Shown here: in pieces, positions 1 to 8,147 of the stretch
Position numbering within the stretch: position 1 is the stretch's first letter
How the letters are laid out: each line of letters starts with the position of its first letter
Origin: Myxococcota bacterium
GTDB taxonomy: Bacteria; Myxococcota; JACRCW01
Assembly: GCA_040752415.1 (NCBI GenBank)
Contig: JBFMGU010000233.1
Coordinates: 1-16,687, forward strand
Reading direction: 5' to 3'
DNA length: 16,687 nt
Notes under the pieces: model-generated
Seen by the model: only the letters and a program-made list of their open reading frames with translations
Databases searched by the model: none
Told to the model about the DNA's origin: nothing
Translations under genes and position numbers: made by a program

Positions 1-331
1 ACGAGGACGAAGACGAGGACACCGCCGCGGATGACGAAGACGATGACGCCGCCGCGGAGGAAGACGAGGACGATGACGACGACACCGCGGCCGACGACGA
101 AGAAGCGGAGCTGCCGGGTCCTCCCGACGTGGAGCTGCCGCCCGAGCCGGAACTGCTGCTGCTGGTCTCCGTGACAATGCCCGCGTCATGACGACGGATG
201 ATGCGGCCACCCGCGTCGATCCCGCCTTCCTCGACGAGCTCCTCGCCAGCGTCCGCGGCCCCCTGTGAGGTGCAACCCGCGCCCGCCCACATCGCTGCCA
301 GCAGTGTCATCCCCGCCATTCTCAACGTCAC
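1..331 (-). CDS. Lipoprotein with Ser-rich linker; N-terminal part only, runs off the window edge
   Basis: Not in the ORF track. The reverse complement from GTG at 331 (GGGGAG just upstream) reads MTLRMAGMTLLAAMWAGAG-C-TSQGAADAGEELVEEGGIDAGG...TETSSSSSGSGGSSTSGGPGSSASSSSAAVSSSS with no stop before position 1. It has a hydrophobic signal and a lipobox Cys. Confidence 0.8.
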   Translation of the reverse strand, partial: MTLRMAGMTLLAAMWAGAGCTSQGAADAGEELVEEGGIDAGGRIIRRHDAGIVTETSSSSSGSGGSSTSGGPGSSASSSSAAVSSSSSSSSSAAASSSSSSAAVSSSSSS

Positions 332-512
332 GACACGCTCCCCAGGTCAGGCGGGGAAGCCTACTGAGCGCTTTGGAGGGTCACAACAGCGGGTCCTGCT
401 CCGGCGGGATTCGGTGGCGGCGTACCACCAGACGCTGCAGGTGCCGTCCCCGGTCGCTCGTGTTGGGAATGAGCATGGCCGCCGTCGGCGGGCGCGGGCT
501 AGGGTGGGCCCG

Positions 513-1946
513 ATGCATCCCTGGTTGCTCCGGTCCACGTACCGCGTCCTGTTCTGTGTCACCCTTGTCAGCGGCTGCGTGGGCGTCTCCCCCGTCGACG
601 ATTCCGGCCCGCCCGCCTCCGCCAGAGACGCCGGGAGCACGTCGGATGCCGCTCCGCGCGCTGACGCCTCCCTACCCACCGACGCAGCACGGCTGGACGC
701 GGCGGTCCCGCTTGACGGTTCCGCTCCGCCCGACGCGCATCCCACCCCGGACGCCGCGCCCCTTCCCGACGCGAGCGCCCCCGGCCCCGATGCCAGTGCG
801 TCGGACGCCGCCCCCGGCATCGACGCCGCGCCCCACGTCGACGCCGCGGTCATCGACGCCACTGTTGGCACGGATGCCGCGCGCACCGACGCAGCCATCA
901 CACGGGACGCCGCCATCCCGGACGCGGCCACCATTCCCGACGCCACGATCTCCGACGCGACGACTCCCGACGCGGACACCCCCGACGCCAACAGCACCCC
1001 TGACGCCATGGTTCCCGACGTGGGGTCTCCGCGGGATGCCGCAATGGCGGCGGATGCGAGCAACGCCCCCGACGCCACCACGCCGCGCGACGCCGCCCCC
1101 GAACCGGACGCCAACGTCCCCGACGCAGCCACGACGCCGGACGCGGGCGGACCGGTTGCCACGCAGTCCATCCGCATCATGGCGGCGAACATCACCAGCG
1201 GGAACTACCAGTCCTACGACCCCGGGCACGGCATCCGCATCTTCCAGGGACTGGACCCCGACGTGGTGCTCATCCAGGAGATGAACTACTACGACAACAG
1301 CGCCGCCGCGGTGCGGAACTTCGTCGACATGGCGTTCGGCACCGAGTTCTTCTACCACCGCGAGAGCGGCGCGCAGATTCCCAATGGCGTCGTCAGCCGG
1401 TGGCCCATCATTGCGGCCGGTACGTGGGATGACCCACAGGCCACCAACCGCGAATTCGTGTGGGCGCGCGTGGACATCCCCGGCGACGTGGACCTCTGGG
1501 CCGTCAGCGTGCACCTGCTCACCGCCAACCCCTCCACGCGCAACAGCGAGGCAACACAGCTGGTGCAGTTCATCAACACCAACGTGCCGCAGGGCGACTA
1601 TCTCGTCGTGGGCGGAGACCTGAACACCGCCGCCTACGACGAGCCCGCACTGACCACGTTCTCCGCGCTGCTGGACACCACCGTCCATCCCGCCGACGGA
1701 AACGGGAACACGTTCACCAACAGCGGCCGCACCAAGCCGTATGACCAGGTGCTCCCCGACGTGGACCTGCTCGCGCACCAGGTTCCGGTGTTGATCGGGA
1801 CGCAGGCCTTCCCCGACGGACTGGTGTTCGACAGCCGCGTCTACACCCCCCTCTCCGACGTGGCGCCGGTGCTCGTGGGCGACAGCGCGGCGCCGAACAT
1901 GCAGCACATGGCGGTGATCAAGGACTTCCAGGTCCCGGTTCCCTGA
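513..1946 (+). CDS. Lipoprotein: Asp-Ala/Pro repeat linker plus C-terminal endonuclease/exonuclease/phosphatase (EEP, DNase I-like) domain
   Basis: Start reassigned from 198 to ATG 513 (MHPWLLRSTYRVLFCVTLVSG-C, lipobox). About 190 aa of PDAxx repeats follow. EEP motifs: IRIMAANI, DPDVVLIQE, VSVHL, VVGGDLN, YDQVL, terminal MQH. Confidence 0.85.
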   Translation: MHPWLLRSTYRVLFCVTLVSGCVGVSPVDDSGPPASARDAGSTSDAAPRADASLPTDAARLDAAVPLDGSAPPDAHPTPDAAPLPDASAPGPDASASDAAPGIDAAPHVDAAVIDATVGTDAARTDAAITRDAAIPDAATIPDATISDATTPDADTPDANSTPDAMVPDVGSPRDAAMAADASNAPDATTPRDAAPEPDANVPDAATTPDAGGPVATQSIRIMAANITSGNYQSYDPGHGIRIFQGLDPDVVLIQEMNYYDNSAAAVRNFVDMAFGTEFFYHRESGAQIPNGVVSRWPIIAAGTWDDPQATNREFVWARVDIPGDVDLWAVSVHLLTANPSTRNSEATQLVQFINTNVPQGDYLVVGGDLNTAAYDEPALTTFSALLDTTVHPADGNGNTFTNSGRTKPYDQVLPDVDLLAHQVPVLIGTQAFPDGLVFDSRVYTPLSDVAPVLVGDSAAPNMQHMAVIKDFQVPVP

Positions 1947-2022
1947 ACGCGCGGCGGTCCACCGGTTCCCAGGCGCGCCGCGCCCTGCTTAGATGCGGAT
2001 TCTCGCCCGTGGAGTCCGTTGC

Positions 2023-3768
2023 ATGCCGCCCATCCGGAACACGCCTGGCCCCGCCCCGCTGCCCCGCCCACTGACCACGCCCGCTGGCGTCGCCACGTCG
2101 ACACCCGGCACCACGTCCACGCCTTCCCCATCGAGCAACGTGACCACCGACGTGGTGGATCACCAGCCCTCGTCGCCACGACACGTCCCGGTGGAGCGCG
2201 GCAACTCCCATGCGCAGACGCGGGAAGTGCTGCAGACCTTCTTTGCTCCCTACGACGACCCCATCCAGCAGGACCTGGCGTGCATTCGCGAGGTGGTGGA
2301 GGCGCGCAAGGCGGACCCGCGTGCGTTCGTCGAGGGGGAGAACCCGTACAAGATCCAGTACGCCGTCTACAACCTGCGCAATCCCGCCGTGGTGGCCGCG
2401 CTCAAGGAGGCGCACCTCGCCGGTGTCGACGTGCAGATCCTCATCGAGCAGCACCAGCTGGATGCCGCCAAGACGTGGAACACCGCCGACGAGGAGCTCA
2501 AGGCGGCGGGGTTTGACTTCGCGGCGTCGCACAAGGGGCTGACTGCGGCGCAACGCAAGGAGCTGGACCTCATTGGCATCCAGGGCAGCGGGCTGATGCA
2601 CCTCAAGTCACGCATCTTCTCCCGTCCGGATCCGGCCGGTGGCCCGCCCGTCGAGAAGCTGCTGACCGGCTCCATGAATCCCGGCGACGAGGCGGCCGGC
2701 AACAACGAGACGCTGCACCTCATCACCGACCCGCAACTCATTGCCCGCTACAAGGCCAAGTACCAGTCCGTCCTCGAGGACAAACCGCTGGCCAATGAAT
2801 GGAAGGAGGGCGCGCCGGTCAACGTGCTGTTCACTCCCGCCACCCAGGGACCGCAGGCCGCCGACAAGATCCTGGAGCTGATTGACCAGGAGAAGGAGGC
2901 CATCTTCATGACGGTGTTCTCGCTGCGGAACATCACCAGTCCCAGGCAGCGGGAGTCGATGATCGACAAGCTCAAGAAGGCGAAGGAGCGCGGCGTGGAG
3001 GTGGTCATCATCACCGACCGCAAGCAGTCCGACGGCATTGGCATGGGCGCCAACGGCGGCCAGGGCTACAACGACAAGACCGAGGACCTGGTGAAGGCCG
3101 CGGGCATTCCCGTCTACGAGTGCGTCAATCCCGCCGGGCCGTTCAACGCCATGCACCAGAAGAACGCCCTGTTCGGCCTCACCAACATGAAGGTGGTCAC
3201 CGACTGCGGCAACTGGACGGAAGCGGCGCTCGGCAGCCACAAGAAGAAGGCGGTCAACGACGAGAGCTTCCTGTTCGTGGATTCGAAGAAGCTGGACAAC
3301 AACGCCACCGGCCTGCGCTACCTCAGCAACTTCCTGGTGCTGCTGCGTCAGTACGAAAACCAGCAGGAGGATGCGCCCAAGGCGGGTGCGCTCGTCGAGA
3401 AGTTCACCAAGCTGCCAGGCTGGCCCAAGGTCACCGTCAACTTTGACGCCGTGGCGCGCACGCACTTCGGTCAGGAGGTCTACATCACCGGCAATCACGA
3501 GGCGCTGGGCAATTGGACCCGCTCCGGCCCCGGCCTGAAGATGAATACCACCGGCGGCACCTATCCGCTCTGGCAGGCCGACACGTCGGTGGCGCTGCCG
3601 TTCGGGATCTCACTGGAATACAAGGTCGTGAAGCGCAACGAGCACGGCGAGCTGCAGTGGGAGGGCGGGGAGAACCAGCTCCTCGTCGTGGATTCCGGTG
3701 ACCTGCGCGTGAAGGGCGCGGATCAGCGCGGGAACACACTCAAGGTGGACACCCGCTTCCGCGAGTAG
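2023..3768 (+). CDS. Phospholipase D-superfamily protein (two HxK domains) with C-terminal CBM20 starch/glycogen-binding domain
   Basis: GGAG at 2011-2014 precedes ATG 2023. Motifs MHLKSRIF...TGSMN and MHQKNALF...TDCGNWT, plus PLD-like segments YAVYNL/AHLAGVDVQILIE and KAKERGVEVVIITD. From about 3430, VTVNF..THFGQEVYITGNHEALGNW..TYPLW..LEYKVVK..QWEGGEN matches the CBM20 pattern. Confidence 0.85.
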   Translation: MPPIRNTPGPAPLPRPLTTPAGVATSTPGTTSTPSPSSNVTTDVVDHQPSSPRHVPVERGNSHAQTREVLQTFFAPYDDPIQQDLACIREVVEARKADPRAFVEGENPYKIQYAVYNLRNPAVVAALKEAHLAGVDVQILIEQHQLDAAKTWNTADEELKAAGFDFAASHKGLTAAQRKELDLIGIQGSGLMHLKSRIFSRPDPAGGPPVEKLLTGSMNPGDEAAGNNETLHLITDPQLIARYKAKYQSVLEDKPLANEWKEGAPVNVLFTPATQGPQAADKILELIDQEKEAIFMTVFSLRNITSPRQRESMIDKLKKAKERGVEVVIITDRKQSDGIGMGANGGQGYNDKTEDLVKAAGIPVYECVNPAGPFNAMHQKNALFGLTNMKVVTDCGNWTEAALGSHKKKAVNDESFLFVDSKKLDNNATGLRYLSNFLVLLRQYENQQEDAPKAGALVEKFTKLPGWPKVTVNFDAVARTHFGQEVYITGNHEALGNWTRSGPGLKMNTTGGTYPLWQADTSVALPFGISLEYKVVKRNEHGELQWEGGENQLLVVDSGDLRVKGADQRGNTLKVDTRFRE

Positions 3769-3774
3769 GGTCGC

Positions 3775-5376
3775 ATGCGGCGCGTTGGCGTTCTCGTCGG
3801 GTGGGCGGTGCTGGCGTCGTGCTCGCAGCAGACGCAGCAGGAGGCGTTTGACGCGTGCAACAGCTGCAACGTGGTGGACTCCGGGCGGCACAACGTGGTC
3901 CGCGCCGACGGGGGCGCCCACACGGATGCCGCGCCAACGCCACTGGACGGAGGAAGCATCACGCCGGACGCCGCAGCCGTTCCCGACGCGGCACGTCCGG
4001 ATGCGACGCCCACCGACGCAGGACTACGCGATGCTGCACCACCTCCCGACGCCGCGCTCCCGCACGACGCGGCCGCGCCACCCGATGCGAACGTTTCCGT
4101 CGACGCCACCACGCCGGAGAGCTTCCCGGATGCGACGGTGCGGGATGCGTCGTCGGGAAGTGCGGATGCGAACCTGGGGTGGCCCCTTGATGCGGCGATT
4201 CCCCAGGGCTGCCCGGTGAATCCGCCGGACACGTCGGGAACGGCGTGGAGCGGGTGGGGCAACTTCCAGTACCCGGCCACCACCACGACGACGGAAGGCA
4301 CTCCCAGCCCCTTGGTCTTTGGCCAGGTGTGGCGGGATGGGGAGACGAACCAGCCGGGCGTGGCGTCGGGCTGGGAGGCGGAAGTGGCGGTGGGACCGTT
4401 GGGCGCGCTGCCTACCACCGACGGACGCTGCTGGAAGTACCAGGACGCCGAATACAACGTGGACGTGGGGAACAACGACGAGTACCGCGTTGCCGTCACG
4501 CCCTCCGGCGTGGGGCTGTACGGGTTGTATTTCCGCTACCGGCCCAGCGGCGGCGCGTGGCGCTACGGTGACCTCAACGGCTCCGACGACGGAATCCAGG
4601 TGGACCAGGCCGCGCGTTTCGTCGTCACCGGGGCGGTGGACCGGGCACTGGTGGTGGCAACGGTGAACCTGCATTGCCGTACCGACGCGTGGACCACACG
4701 ACTGCCACTCATCGTCAGTGCGCTGGCGCGCATCTCGCCGGACCTCGTGGCGTTCCAGGAGGATTGCTCGCAGGGGAGCGGCGTGGCGCAGTCGGTGGAG
4801 GTCCGCGCGGAGCTGGCCAGCGTGGTGGGGCGCGGTTACGAGGTGCTGCGCGTGCTCACCCACCAGGCCAACCACGACGGGCAGACGTACGACGAAGGCA
4901 TCAGCCTCATGAGCGCGTTTCCCGTCGAGGCGTCCCATGTGCTGGACCTGCCGTATGCCACCTTCCCCCGCAAGGCGATGGTTGCCGACGTGCGCGTCAA
5001 CACCACGCTCGTGCGTTTCTACGCCACGCACTGGGAGTACGGGACCGAGAACGACGCTGCACGGGAGGGCTCCGCGCAGGCGATCCTCGCGGACGTTCCG
5101 TCGGGGCGGGTGACGTTCGTGGCGGGCGACTTCAACACCGCGCCCACGGCGCAGGCCGTCGCGACGATGCGTGCCAGCATGACCGACGTGTGGGCCGCGG
5201 CGAATCCGTCGAGCGCGGGGCTCACGTTCCCGGCGAGCAATCCCACGCGGCGTATTGATTACGTCTTCATGACGCCCGACGGCACGGTGCGGGGTGCGCG
5301 GATTCTCGACGAGCGCAACGGTGCGACGCTGATGAGCGACCATCGCGGCGTGGCGGTGGCGGCCGAGTTGCCGTGA
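3775..5376 (+). CDS. Lipoprotein: Asp-Ala linker, 'GNNDEY' beta-sandwich module and EEP-family phosphoesterase domain
   Basis: MRRVGVLVGWAVLAS-C lipobox; starts 7 nt after the upstream stop. EEP motifs VATVNLH, PDLVAFQE, ATHW, AGDFN, RIDYVF, SDH. Middle domain GWGNFQYP..VFGQVW..YNVDVGNNDEY..YFRY..WRYGDLNG. Confidence 0.88.
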   Translation: MRRVGVLVGWAVLASCSQQTQQEAFDACNSCNVVDSGRHNVVRADGGAHTDAAPTPLDGGSITPDAAAVPDAARPDATPTDAGLRDAAPPPDAALPHDAAAPPDANVSVDATTPESFPDATVRDASSGSADANLGWPLDAAIPQGCPVNPPDTSGTAWSGWGNFQYPATTTTTEGTPSPLVFGQVWRDGETNQPGVASGWEAEVAVGPLGALPTTDGRCWKYQDAEYNVDVGNNDEYRVAVTPSGVGLYGLYFRYRPSGGAWRYGDLNGSDDGIQVDQAARFVVTGAVDRALVVATVNLHCRTDAWTTRLPLIVSALARISPDLVAFQEDCSQGSGVAQSVEVRAELASVVGRGYEVLRVLTHQANHDGQTYDEGISLMSAFPVEASHVLDLPYATFPRKAMVADVRVNTTLVRFYATHWEYGTENDAAREGSAQAILADVPSGRVTFVAGDFNTAPTAQAVATMRASMTDVWAAANPSSAGLTFPASNPTRRIDYVFMTPDGTVRGARILDERNGATLMSDHRGVAVAAELP

Positions 5377-5391
5377 AAGGGCTCACTGAAG

Positions 5392-5561
5392 TCGGTGGGC
5401 TCGAGTGAAAGCGGTACTTCATACCGCAGTCCGAAAGGTGCGGGCCCGGCGACGCGGTTTCCATTGCCCGCACCGCGTGTGCCGAATTGGAGTCATTGGA
5501 ACAAGCGCCGGCACACTTTCGGACTGCGGTATGAAGTACCGCTTTCACTCAAGTCCGCCGA
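5392..5561. repeat. Long inverted repeat (REPIN/MITE-like) with two internal hairpins
   Basis: 5403-5437 (GAGTGAAAGCGGTACTTCATACCGCAGTCCGAAAG) is the perfect 35-bp reverse complement of 5516-5550, extending imperfectly to 5392/5561. Internal stems 5437-5445/5466-5474 and 5477-5484/5509-5516. It lies between convergent genes. Confidence 0.9.
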
Positions 5562-5693
5562 ACCGGCGGTTCACGCGTGGCTCTTCACGTTGGGCACCAC
5601 GCTGTTCAGCGCCTTCCCGCACAGCGCGCGCTGGTCACCGAAGCGGCTGTCATGCGCAGGGAGATGGCCGTCGCAGTAGCGTGCAGCGCCGAC

Positions 5694-8147
5694 TCAGGGA
5701 CGCGCGTAGACCACGAAGTACTCGAACGCGGCACCGGTGCTCAGCGTGGCCAGGCCGATGTTGCCCACCGGGTTCACCGTGGAGCCCGCTTCCACCGTCT
5801 GCGAATAAACCGTGCACGCCAGGCCGTCGGCGCCGGCCATCAGTCTGACGCGCGTGCCGCGGTCACACGCCAACGCGCTCCCGGTGTCCGCGCTGGCCAG
5901 CCAGGTCAGGGCGCCGCTGGTCTCCTCGCGATACAGCGCGGCGTACGCGTCGTACTGGTCCTGCTCCACCGTGCAATAGGCGCTCGTCTGGTCCGTGAGG
6001 TCTGCCCACACCACGACGTAGTACGGCGGACGAACCACGGCGCGCTGCACCAAGGTGGTCTCCACCACCACAGACCGCAGCGTCCCGCTGGCCACCAACG
6101 TGCCCGCGGAGCTTTCCGCAAGGTTCGACTGCACCACCCCGTCGGGCAAGGGATTCCATGTCCCCGCCCACGATTGCCACTCCGGCCCCAAGCCGTCCCT
6201 GAACGGGTCGAAGAACGCGATGAAGTCGCCCTCCAACGTCGGATTCGGGTCGCACGCGTCTCCCACGCCATCCGCCAGCACCCCGGCGTCCTCCTCCTGG
6301 ATGTCGGACTGGTTGGAGTTGGGCGTGGCCGGGCAGTTGTCGCAGAGGTCGCCCACGCCGTCGCCGTCCTCGTCGTGCTGGTCGGCATTGGAGACCACGG
6401 GACAATTGTCGCAGGCGGAGCCGACGCCGTCCTGGTCGGGGTCGCCGCTCTCGTCTGGAATCAACGGGCACGAATCGAGCGCATCATCCACTCCGTCGCC
6501 ATCGTCGTCGTCGTCGCAGGCGTCGCCCTTGAAGTCGGCGTCGGTGTCGACCTGTCCGGGGTCGGGCGCGTCGCGACAGAGGTCGCACTCGTCGGGTGCG
6601 CCGTCAGCGTCGCGGTCGGAGGGTTTGCCACTGGCGGACGGACACCGGTCACACGCGTCGCCAGCACCGTCCCCATCCGCGTCATCCTGGGATGGGTTTG
6701 GCTGGAGCGGACAGCTGTCCTCGTCGTCGGGAAAGCCATCCCCGTCGTCATCCACCGCGGGCAGCCCGGCGAGATGGTTGGCGTTGATTTCCTCCGGCGT
6801 GAGGCCGCGGTTGTAGATGGCCACGAGGTGGACCTGGCCCTGCCACTGACGGTTCAGCGTCTCCTCGTTTCCGACGAGCAGGTGGTACGACTCGTCCCAG
6901 CCGGCGATGGGTCCGGAGGCGGAGAGCTGCGAATCCGCGAGCACGCCGTCCACGTAGGCACGCTCCCACCCGTCGGAGAAGACCATCACCAGGTGCTGCA
7001 TGCCGCCGCTGAGCACCGCGTTGTGGATTTCCGGGCACCATCCCGCTTCACCGGTGTCGGGCGTGCGCAGACGCATCACCATGGAACCCAGGCTCTGTCC
7101 CAGCGTGAAGTTGCGCTCCGCGGTCCCCGGCGAGAACGAGACGATCCGCGACGGTCCATCCAGCGTGAGGTCCGCCGGCGTCACCCATGCCTCCACGGTG
7201 AGCTCCCCGGTGTCGTTCACCGCCTGCGCGAGGCGCGCCGCGGGGTCGGGAGTGCGCAACACCACCGGCGTTCCATCCAGGGTGACGCCGCGCTCGTCGC
7301 GCGTCAGGAGTGCAGGGTCGTTCAACGCCAGGTCCAGCGCCGGGCTCACCGACGAGGTGTCCAGAGCCATCCCGTCGGGGTCGTCGATGAAGGTGTACAA
7401 CGCCTGCAGGTTGGCGGTGGCGCGCGCACGCCCGGTGGTCACGCCGACGGACGAGCTCGCGGACTCACCCGCGTCGTGGAATGCCATGACCCGGTACTCG
7501 TAGGTGGTCTCCGCAACGCAGGACGTGTCGACGACGTTGGTGGCGTCCGCCGGCAGGACCACAACCTCCGTCCAGCCCTGGCTCGCCGGGTCCCGCCGCT
7601 CCACGCGGAAGCCGGTCTCGTCGTTGGAGGCGTCCTCCCAGCGCAGGTGCACCCGGTCATGGAAGGCGACGTAGGCCACGAGGCCGGTGGGTGCGTTGGG
7701 GGGCGCCAGCCCACCGGATGAGCTGGACGACGACACGCTCGCGTTGCTCGACGAGGAACTGGCCACGCTCGCGGAGGCGGCACTGGCGCTCGAGGTCACG
7801 GACGCGCTCGAGCTTTCTCCTGTTGATGAGGACGACGAGGACGTGCCGCCGCTGGAAGTCGTTGCCCCAGACGAAGACAGGCTCGACGATGATGACGACG
7901 CCGCGGAGGCGCTTGACGAGGCGCTGGAGGACGATGACGACGAGGATGAGGCCGCAATGCCCGGCGCACGGGCACCTTCCACGCACTCGCCGCCCTCACA
8001 TCGCTCGTTGCCGGTGCAGTCTTCGTCGGCGTTGCACAATCGGATGCACTTGCCGTCGCGGGCAACCTCGTCGGACTCACAGGTGACGCAGCCCCAGCTG
8101 GCCGTTGCTACCGCCACCACCCCCAGGAGGTGAATCCGTCCAAGCAT
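5694..8147 (-). CDS. Surface lipoprotein: Cys-rich module, Ser-rich linker, FN3, LamG/ConA-like domain, thrombospondin type-3 Ca-binding repeats, C-terminal beta-rich domain
   Basis: GGAGG precedes ATG 8147; MLGRIHLLGVVAVATASWG-C lipobox. CNADEDCTGNERCEGGEC; PNAPTGL..LRWEDASNDETGFRVER..YEYRVMA (FN3); LTVEAWV..RIVS..QHLVMVF..YVDG..WQGQVHLVAIYNRGLTPEEI (LamG); repeated DxDGDGxGDACDxCP (TSP3). Confidence 0.9.
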   Translation of the reverse strand: MLGRIHLLGVVAVATASWGCVTCESDEVARDGKCIRLCNADEDCTGNERCEGGECVEGARAPGIAASSSSSSSSSASSSASAASSSSSSLSSSGATTSSGGTSSSSSSTGESSSASVTSSASAASASVASSSSSNASVSSSSSSGGLAPPNAPTGLVAYVAFHDRVHLRWEDASNDETGFRVERRDPASQGWTEVVVLPADATNVVDTSCVAETTYEYRVMAFHDAGESASSSVGVTTGRARATANLQALYTFIDDPDGMALDTSSVSPALDLALNDPALLTRDERGVTLDGTPVVLRTPDPAARLAQAVNDTGELTVEAWVTPADLTLDGPSRIVSFSPGTAERNFTLGQSLGSMVMRLRTPDTGEAGWCPEIHNAVLSGGMQHLVMVFSDGWERAYVDGVLADSQLSASGPIAGWDESYHLLVGNEETLNRQWQGQVHLVAIYNRGLTPEEINANHLAGLPAVDDDGDGFPDDEDSCPLQPNPSQDDADGDGAGDACDRCPSASGKPSDRDADGAPDECDLCRDAPDPGQVDTDADFKGDACDDDDDGDGVDDALDSCPLIPDESGDPDQDGVGSACDNCPVVSNADQHDEDGDGVGDLCDNCPATPNSNQSDIQEEDAGVLADGVGDACDPNPTLEGDFIAFFDPFRDGLGPEWQSWAGTWNPLPDGVVQSNLAESSAGTLVASGTLRSVVVETTLVQRAVVRPPYYVVVWADLTDQTSAYCTVEQDQYDAYAALYREETSGALTWLASADTGSALACDRGTRVRLMAGADGLACTVYSQTVEAGSTVNPVGNIGLATLSTGAAFEYFVVYARP

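Noticed and set aside
1949..1983. GCGCGGCG/CGCCGCGC stem after the first EEP gene as a terminator
   Set aside because: Long loop, no U-tract, and such GC stems arise easily by chance at this composition.
2023..3768. PLD protein as an anti-phage defence nuclease or cardiolipin synthase
   Set aside because: No helicase, methylase or other defence genes nearby and no transmembrane anchor; the CBM20 and lipoprotein neighbours point elsewhere. Nuclease activity itself is not excluded.
5392..5561. Retron msr/msd, CRISPR repeat or tRNA interpretation of the palindrome
   Set aside because: No reverse transcriptase or cas gene in the window, only two inverted copies with no spacer array, and no cloverleaf or T-loop consensus.
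5267..5848. Two ORFs both starting MKAVLHTAVRK on opposite strands
   Set aside because: Artefact of the 35-bp inverted repeat; both overlap real genes.
5577..7721. 714-aa + strand ORF and other long antisense ORFs (672..1907, 4024..5343, 10948..12459, 13139..14593, 15167..16396)
   Set aside because: Shadow frames of well-supported genes in high-GC DNA; no recognisable motifs.
7687..8133. Acidic D/E-rich + strand ORF (and the similar D/E-rich reading of 1-170)
   Set aside because: It is the antisense reading of poly-Ser (TCG/TCC/TCA) linkers of minus-strand lipoproteins.
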